DNA of 64,000 nucleotides from Candidatus Latescibacterota bacterium (GTDB lineage Bacteria > Latescibacterota > UBA2968 > GCA-2709665). The position numbers and the translations under genes are program-made. The stretch covers positions 3,968,001 through 4,032,000 of the forward strand of contig OZ220733.1 of assembly GCA_965116875.1 (NCBI GenBank). The letters run 5' to 3'. The notes beneath the pieces were generated by a model. That model ran no database searches and was not told where the DNA came from. It saw only the letters and a list, made by a program, of their open reading frames with translations. This document shows, piece by piece, positions 58,152 through 64,000 of the stretch (its first letter is position 1; each line of letters opens with the position of its first letter).

Positions 58152-59975
58152 ATGTCACGCGCGACCATCTATGTCTGTTTATTCGTACTCCTGATTTCGC
58201 GCGGTGTCGCGCTGGCCGAACCGCCGAGTCTGCATGTGTCGGTCGACCGGACGCGCGTGGAGGTGGGGGAACAGGTCACGCTGACGGTGACGTTAACGGC
58301 CGGCGGAGACGTCCCCGCGCCCGAACTCCCGGTTCCGGAGGCGTTCGAGGTTGTCGGGCGATCGTCCTATACAACCCAGCAACTCAACATTACAAACGGC
58401 CGGGTCGTAACCACGCGAAACAACTCGTACGTTTATTCCCTTACGGCGAGGCGCGAGGGAAGTTTCGTAATCGGGCCGGCGCACGTGCTGCACGAGGGCA
58501 GGCGGCATGAATCGTCGAAAGTTCGGGTGAATGTCGTGCAACCCGGCCGGCCGCCGCCCACGCGCCAGGTACCCGTACCGGGACAGGACGCCGGCAATTC
58601 CGGCGGGGAGGACGTGGAAGCGGACCTGTTTGTCGCGACGACGGTGGACAGGAAAAAGGTGTACGTGGGAGAGCAGGTAACCGTTACGTACAAGTTCTAC
58701 ACACGCCGTACGCTCCGTAATATCAGTTACGGTCGCCTGCCCGCCTACACAGGTTTCTGGTCGGAAACCCTGTTCGACGCGCAACGCGCCAATTTTACAC
58801 GAGAGATTTACAACGGCCGCGAGTTCAACGTCATGCGGTTGAAGACGATGGCGTTGTTTCCGGCCGCGTCGGGTGTACAGTCGCTTGACGTTATCGAAGT
58901 TGTCTGCCAGGTTCAGGACCGCACGCGCCGCAGAAACCTGTTCGATATGGATGATTTTTTCGGATTCGGCGCCGGCAGGGAAGTGCGGACGCGATCGGAA
59001 GGCGTGAAGATCGAAGTCTTGCCTCTGCCCGCGGGCGCCCCCGCCGGGTTCAGCGGCGCGGTGGGCCGGTTCGACGTATCCGTCGAGGCATCGCCCGTTG
59101 TCGTCCAGGCGGGAGACCCGATTGAGGTGAAGGTAACGGTGCGCGGGACGGGTAACCTGAATGCCGTGGGCGAACCCGTTCGGCCGGAAGGCGACGCGTT
59201 CAAGTTCTACGATCCGAACTCAACTGTGAGTACGGGTGACTCGGATGGACGAATCGGCGGCGAAAAGAGCTTCGAATACGTCGCGATTCCCACCCGGGAC
59301 GGAAAACTGAATATCGGTCCGTTTCTGCTCGCCTATTTCGACCCTGAGGCACATCGATATCGGACAGCGCGTTCGCGTGTGGTTTCGGTAGACGTGAAGC
59401 CGGGCAGGCCGCAGGCCGCTTCCGGGGCGGTGATGAGCCGGAGAGAGATTGAGATGCTCGGACGGGACATCCGTCATCTGAAGCCGGATCTCGGAAATCT
59501 GGAGGATCACGCCCGGCAGGTTGTCAGGAGCACCTGGTTCTGGACCGTTCAGCTCGTGCCCGTCCTCGGATTTCTCGGCATTTTTGCATACAAGCGCCAC
59601 CGGGACCGGATCATGGGTGACGTGGCTTATGCCCGAAGACGGCGTTCGGGTTCCGAGGCCAGGAAACGCCTGACGCAGGCGCGAAAGCGACTCCACGAGA
59701 AAGACGGGGTGGCGTTCTACGTAGAAATCGACCGCGCGCTGGCCCAGTTTCTGGCCGATCGATTGAATCTTCCGGTTGCCGGCATGACCCGTGAGTCGGC
59801 GGCGCGGGCGCTTCGAGACGTGGATGTGCCTGATCCAATCGTCTCGCAAGTACAGGATGTCCTGGTGCGCTGCGACTACGCGCGTTTCGCCTCGGTCCGG
59901 ATTCCGGAGAAGGAACGCGAGGAAATCTACAACGCCGCGGCGTCGCTCATCGACGTGTTGGGAGCCAGGATATGA
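58152..59975 (+). CDS. batD: BatD family protein
   Basis: Signal peptide; repeated beta modules (VDR..VGEQ, VYVGEQ), FSGAVG.F, GTGNL, YFDP; TM; ARFA. Confidence 0.88.
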   Translation: MSRATIYVCLFVLLISRGVALAEPPSLHVSVDRTRVEVGEQVTLTVTLTAGGDVPAPELPVPEAFEVVGRSSYTTQQLNITNGRVVTTRNNSYVYSLTARREGSFVIGPAHVLHEGRRHESSKVRVNVVQPGRPPPTRQVPVPGQDAGNSGGEDVEADLFVATTVDRKKVYVGEQVTVTYKFYTRRTLRNISYGRLPAYTGFWSETLFDAQRANFTREIYNGREFNVMRLKTMALFPAASGVQSLDVIEVVCQVQDRTRRRNLFDMDDFFGFGAGREVRTRSEGVKIEVLPLPAGAPAGFSGAVGRFDVSVEASPVVVQAGDPIEVKVTVRGTGNLNAVGEPVRPEGDAFKFYDPNSTVSTGDSDGRIGGEKSFEYVAIPTRDGKLNIGPFLLAYFDPEAHRYRTARSRVVSVDVKPGRPQAASGAVMSRREIEMLGRDIRHLKPDLGNLEDHARQVVRSTWFWTVQLVPVLGFLGIFAYKRHRDRIMGDVAYARRRRSGSEARKRLTQARKRLHEKDGVAFYVEIDRALAQFLADRLNLPVAGMTRESAARALRDVDVPDPIVSQVQDVLVRCDYARFASVRIPEKEREEIYNAAASLIDVLGARI

Positions 59976-60799
59976 GGAACGGGCGCACACGGACCTGCTG
60001 CGTCCGGCGGTCTCTCCGGGCCCTCGATTCCGCCGTTCCTGCGGCAGGTTCGGCCTTGCCGGCGGTACTGGCATTTCTGCTGTTCACCGGCGCCGCCGGA
60101 GGCGCCGGGACCGGCGCGAGAATCTACAACGAGGCGAACGCCCTTTACGGGCAGGGCGAGTTCAAAAAGGCGGCCGTTCGGTACGAGGAAGTCGTCTCAC
60201 GGGGCGTCCGGAACGGTTACGTTTTCTTCAACCTTGGCAATGCCTATTTCAAAGCGGGAGAAACGGGCCGGGCGATTCTCGCCTATGAGCGGGCTCTCAG
60301 GTTGATGCCGGATGATGAAGACGTAATTGCGAATCTCAGGTTTGTGAACGCCGTGAAAGTAGACAGGAGTCCGGATGACAGCGCAAATCTTGTAACCCGC
60401 TTCCTTTCGTCCGGCTACGGGCTGCTGAGTGCTGATGTGCTGGCCGTATCCGGAAGTGTCTGCCTGTACCTGGCGGCGGCCGCCGGGGTGTTCTGGCTTC
60501 TTGTGCCCTCGCGACGCTCGTTGTGTATCGGTTTGCTGGTGCTGGCGGGCATGGGGTTGGGCGGTTCGGGCGCGCTGCTGACGTACCGGGTATATAGTGA
60601 AAACGCCGTTTCGGAAGCGATCGTCATTTCGGACAAGGTGAGGGGACGCAGCGGGCCAGGGGACGATTATCTTCTCGTGTTTACGATCCATGAAGGTACG
60701 AAGGTAACGATTGAACGGGTTGAAGAACGCTGGTTTCTGGTAAGGTTGCCAAACGGCATTGGCGGGTGGTTGCCCGGGAATTCGCTGGAGATCATCTGA
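59972..60799 (+). CDS. batE: BatE-like TPR + SH3 protein
   Basis: [22 protein letters not shown], two TMs, SGP..IHEGTKV..W..GW. Confidence 0.87.
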   Translation: MRNGRTRTCCVRRSLRALDSAVPAAGSALPAVLAFLLFTGAAGGAGTGARIYNEANALYGQGEFKKAAVRYEEVVSRGVRNGYVFFNLGNAYFKAGETGRAILAYERALRLMPDDEDVIANLRFVNAVKVDRSPDDSANLVTRFLSSGYGLLSADVLAVSGSVCLYLAAAAGVFWLLVPSRRSLCIGLLVLAGMGLGGSGALLTYRVYSENAVSEAIVISDKVRGRSGPGDDYLLVFTIHEGTKVTIERVEERWFLVRLPNGIGGWLPGNSLEII

Positions 60800-60911
60800 A
60801 CCGTGGAAGGCGGGAACGCATTCGCGGGCGGCGTTTGGGATTTCGGTGGTTCCGGGCAGCGAAGTCCGGTTTCCATTGCGATTTGGCTACTCACGCGGTC
60901 AGGGGGTTGGC

Positions 60912-62258
60912 GTGACGTCGTTCAAGGCGTGGTTTCGATGTTTTAGAGGTTGCAGCGGCCGTTATCCCCTGACGCAGATCGTCTACGCGTGTCCGAAATG
61001 CGGCGGTTTGCTCGAGGTGCGCCACGATATGGAAGCGCTTCGCGACCGATCACCTGCGGACTGGCGTCGCCTGTTCGATCGGAGGTATATGCGCACGGAA
61101 TGGCCGTACGGCAGTTCCGTATGGGGCAAGAAGGAAATGGTATGCCCCGTTGTGGACGACAACAACGTCGTGTCGATGTACGAAGGGGGCAGCAATCTGT
61201 TCTGGGCCGAGCGTCTCGGCCGGGAGATCGGAGTCGAGGACCTGTGGGTCAAGCAGTGTGGAAACAGCCACACCGGTTCGTTCAAGGATCTGGGCATGAC
61301 GGTGCTGGTGTCGATGGTTCGGCAAATGGTCTTCGAAGGGCAGCGCATCCCCGCCGCCGCGTGCGCCTCGACCGGAGATACTTCCGCGGCTCTGGCGGCC
61401 TATTGCGCGCACGCCGGTATACAGGCGGTCGTGTTCCTGCCGCGGGACAAGGTTTCCACGGCCCAGCTGGTGCAGCCGATGGCCAACGGAGCGCTGGTAT
61501 TGAGTCTGGATACCGACTTCGACGGGTGCATGAAACTGGTTCAGGAGATATGCCACAGGGAGAATATCTACCTTGCCAATTCGATGAACTCACTTCGTGT
61601 AGAGGGGCAGAAGACCGTAAGCGTGGAATTGTTGCAGCAATTCGACTGGGAACTGCCGCAATGGATCGTAATTCCCGGGGGCAACCTGGGCAACGTCAGC
61701 GCCCTGGGAAAGGGCTTCAGCGAGTTGAAGGAAATGGGCCTTGTCGACCGTGTGCCACGAATCGCGGTTGCTCAGAGTGCCCGGGCAAATCCGCTCTACC
61801 GGAGTTTTCTCAACGATTTCGACGCATTTGAACCTCTCAAGGCGCAATCAACCCTGGCCAGCGCCATTCAGATCGGGGACCCGGTCAGTACCGAAAAGGC
61901 GATTATGACCCTCAAGAACATCGGTGGGGTTGTGGAGCAGGCGACCGATCAGGAACTGGCGGACGCTGCGGCGAGGGTGGATCGAACCGGGTTGTTTTCG
62001 TGCCCGCACACGGGCGTGGCCTTTGCCGCGCTCTTCAAACTGGTGGACCGCGGCGTCATCCGGAGCGATGAGCGGGTTGTGGTGATATCGACCGCCCACG
62101 GATTGAAGTTCGCCGATTTCAAGATCAGGTACCACCAGGCTGAACTCGGCGCATACGACGTGGACCCGAACCATGCGAATCTGCCCTTGCAGTTGCCGGC
62201 GGAATACGGCCGGGTCCGGGATCAGATCTTTCGGACGCTCGATTTGAACGGTGGTTGA
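60912..62258 (+). CDS. thrC: Threonine synthase, plant-like type
   Basis: [69 protein letters not shown]; start GTG 60912. Confidence 0.93.
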   Translation: MTSFKAWFRCFRGCSGRYPLTQIVYACPKCGGLLEVRHDMEALRDRSPADWRRLFDRRYMRTEWPYGSSVWGKKEMVCPVVDDNNVVSMYEGGSNLFWAERLGREIGVEDLWVKQCGNSHTGSFKDLGMTVLVSMVRQMVFEGQRIPAAACASTGDTSAALAAYCAHAGIQAVVFLPRDKVSTAQLVQPMANGALVLSLDTDFDGCMKLVQEICHRENIYLANSMNSLRVEGQKTVSVELLQQFDWELPQWIVIPGGNLGNVSALGKGFSELKEMGLVDRVPRIAVAQSARANPLYRSFLNDFDAFEPLKAQSTLASAIQIGDPVSTEKAIMTLKNIGGVVEQATDQELADAAARVDRTGLFSCPHTGVAFAALFKLVDRGVIRSDERVVVISTAHGLKFADFKIRYHQAELGAYDVDPNHANLPLQLPAEYGRVRDQIFRTLDLNGG

Positions 62259-62283
62259 CAGCGGCGATGGATTTGGTTACATT
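62255..62283 (+). promoter_or_regulatory. Sigma70-type promoter for the riboswitch-CGS transcript
   Basis: TTGACA (62255-62260, overlapping the thrC stop), 17 nt, TACATT (62278-62283). Confidence 0.75.
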
Positions 62284-62299
62284 GATCGACCGGATTCAG

Positions 62300-62355
62300 T
62301 GTAGTGGTGATTTGAGGCATATTGCAGCCACTATAAAGAAATCGCTAAAAAGCTG
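62300..62355 (+). promoter_or_regulatory. SAM-II (SAM_alpha) riboswitch aptamer
   Basis: P1 TGTAGTGG (62300-62307) / CCACTATA (62328-62335) enclosing TGATTTGA..TTGCAG, then an A-rich linker and GCTAAAAAG, the SAM-II consensus layout; lies upstream of a methionine biosynthesis gene. Confidence 0.85.
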
Positions 62356-62392
62356 ATCACCCATACGATAGCTGGTCGCGTATTCAGGATCT

Positions 62393-62421
62393 CTGGGGCT
62401 TTTTGGCTTCAGTTTTTTTTT
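62393..62421 (+). terminator. Intrinsic terminator (attenuator) in the CGS leader
   Basis: CTGGGGCT-TTTT-GGCTTCAG stem with G-U pairs, followed by T9, ending 19 nt before the ATG. Confidence 0.75.
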
Positions 62422-62440
62422 GTTGTTTCCGGAGGATGCA

Positions 62441-63634
62441 ATGGCAGAGAAGCTATCGACGGATGGCGTCTGCAATTCTACCTGTGCCGTCCACGCGGGG
62501 GAAAACGGAGGGCATTGGGGGCATTCCCTTACGGTTCCGATCGCGCAGACGTCGACCTACGTTTTCGAAAACACCACAGCGGTGGACGATTTCGTGTCCG
62601 GGCGTTCGGCCCGACTCGATTACGGGCGCTACGGAAACCCGACGCAACAGATTGCCGAACGAAAACTGGCCGAACTGGAGGGTGCGGATTCGGCGCTGTT
62701 GTTTTCGTCCGGAATGAGCGCCGTGACGACGACCCTTCTGGGCATGCTGTCCACGGGTCACCACGCCGTGATTACCGACGACTGTTACAGGAAGACCGCA
62801 CAGTTCTGCGAGCAGATGCTGAGGAAGTTCGGCATCGACACGACTTTCGTGCCCGCAGGCGACTATGGAAGGCTGGAGTCGGCCATGCAGGAAAATACGA
62901 GAGTGGTGATTGCGGAGTCTCCAACCAACCCGCATCTGAATGTGATGGATCTCGAAAAGGTGGTCCCCATCGCCAAGGCGAAACGTGCGAAAGTCGTTAT
63001 TGACAGTACGTTTGCCACACCGTTCAACCAGCGTCCCCTGGAGTTCGGTGTCGATCTCGTCATTCACAGCGCGACCAAGTATCTGGGTGGGCATAACGAC
63101 CTCATCGCCGGCGCCGTTGCAGGATCCGAGCCGCTGGTTTCGGCCATAAAGGACTATCGTGGAATTCTGGGAGGCGTGATCGACCCACACTGCGCGTATC
63201 TGCTGATCAGAGGCATCAAGACGTTCCCGCTGAGGATGGTGCGTCAGAACGAGACCGCGCTGGCGCTTGCCCGTTTTCTGGAGGGGAACCCGGGGGTGCG
63301 GCAGGTTTACTATCCCGGTCTGGAGAGCCACCCGCACCACCGGGTTGCGCGGGAGCAGATGAGCGGGTACGGCGGCGTGGTGAGTTTCGATCTCAACGCG
63401 GACCTGGCAGGAACCATGGCATTCCTCGATCGCCTGGAGATTCCCTGTATTGGCGCAAGCCTGGGTGGGGTGGAGAGCATCGTCTCCCATCCGTCAACCA
63501 TTTCCTACTACGAAATGGAACGCGAAGACCGGATCGCCATCGGAATCAGCGACGAACTTGTACGTTATTCCGTTGGGGTCGAGGACGCCGAAGACCTGAT
63601 CGGCGACGTGGAAAGGGCGCTGGAGGGCGTATAA
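62441..63634 (+). CDS. metB: Cystathionine gamma-synthase, plant-like (Cys/Met PLP family)
   Basis: YGRYGNPT, FSSGMSA, DCYRKT, ESPTNP, DSTFATP, HSATKYLGGHND, SLGGVES; RBS GGAGG before ATG 62441. Confidence 0.85.
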   Translation: MAEKLSTDGVCNSTCAVHAGENGGHWGHSLTVPIAQTSTYVFENTTAVDDFVSGRSARLDYGRYGNPTQQIAERKLAELEGADSALLFSSGMSAVTTTLLGMLSTGHHAVITDDCYRKTAQFCEQMLRKFGIDTTFVPAGDYGRLESAMQENTRVVIAESPTNPHLNVMDLEKVVPIAKAKRAKVVIDSTFATPFNQRPLEFGVDLVIHSATKYLGGHNDLIAGAVAGSEPLVSAIKDYRGILGGVIDPHCAYLLIRGIKTFPLRMVRQNETALALARFLEGNPGVRQVYYPGLESHPHHRVAREQMSGYGGVVSFDLNADLAGTMAFLDRLEIPCIGASLGGVESIVSHPSTISYYEMEREDRIAIGISDELVRYSVGVEDAEDLIGDVERALEGV

Positions 63635-63678
63635 CGGAAAGGAGATAAGGAGACGCGATTCGCGTCGCGTCGCGGGGT

Positions 63679-64000
63679 ATGTTCGGTCCGTTTCTTGCAT
63701 TCGCGCTGCGCGCGCCACTGCAGGACGAGCGCTGGCGGCAAAAATTGCTGTTGGGCGGCTTGCTGTCCCTGCTGCCGAATCTGGCGCTGCTGCTTGGCGT
63801 CTTTATGGCATTGGGAAAGGTCTCCGGTATGCTCGCGCCGGTCGCGATCGTGTTCTTCGTTTTGCCGACTGTCGTTACCTGGGGATATGTCTATCGTGTC
63901 TTTGTCGACGCGTTAAACGGTCTGGAATTCCGACGCCTGCCCGAGTGGAACGACTGGCTGCGGTACGGTGCCGTTGGGGCCCGGCTTGGCGTAATCTACC
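63679..64000 (+). CDS. DUF4013-like membrane protein, truncated at the 3' end by the window edge
   Basis: Manual translation MFGPFLAFALRAPLQDERWRQKLLLGGLL..WGYVYRVF..LPEWNDW; open to the window end, so absent from the ORF track. Confidence 0.7.
   Translation, partial: MFGPFLAFALRAPLQDERWRQKLLLGGLLSLLPNLALLLGVFMALGKVSGMLAPVAIVFFVLPTVVTWGYVYRVFVDALNGLEFRRLPEWNDWLRYGAVGARLGVIY

Overview
GC-rich bacterial window with no rRNA, tRNA, CRISPR array, transposase or prophage visible; taxonomy cannot be fixed from sequence. In order: (1) 1-9304, a methylated-amine cluster (ACAD-fold flavoprotein cut by the window edge, TMAO demethylase tdm, flavin reductase, Amt channel, fhs, small membrane protein, GmaS-type glutamine synthetase III); (2) an Nramp-like transporter and a 12.8-kb minus-strand catabolic run (DegT aminotransferase, heparinase II/III-like protein, hydantoinase B/A, membrane protein, PHP hydrolase); (3) rhodanese-MauE and two FG-GAP/ASPIC-UnbV genes; (4) transport and metabolic singletons plus three orphan antitoxin-like ORFs; (5) a Pot-type ABC importer with duplicated binding proteins; (6) a 13-gene MoxR-DUF58-GldAFG-DUF4340-Bat run; (7) plant-type thrC and cystathionine gamma-synthase. 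Most notable: a SAM-II aptamer whose 3' strand can form an 11-bp antiterminator against an intrinsic terminator upstream of the CGS gene; a candidate two-component ACAD-fold amine oxygenase bracketing tdm; a 164-bp MITE-like element in two copies; and 8-nt-periodic intergenic arrays. All family calls come from motif recognition by eye, with no database searches.
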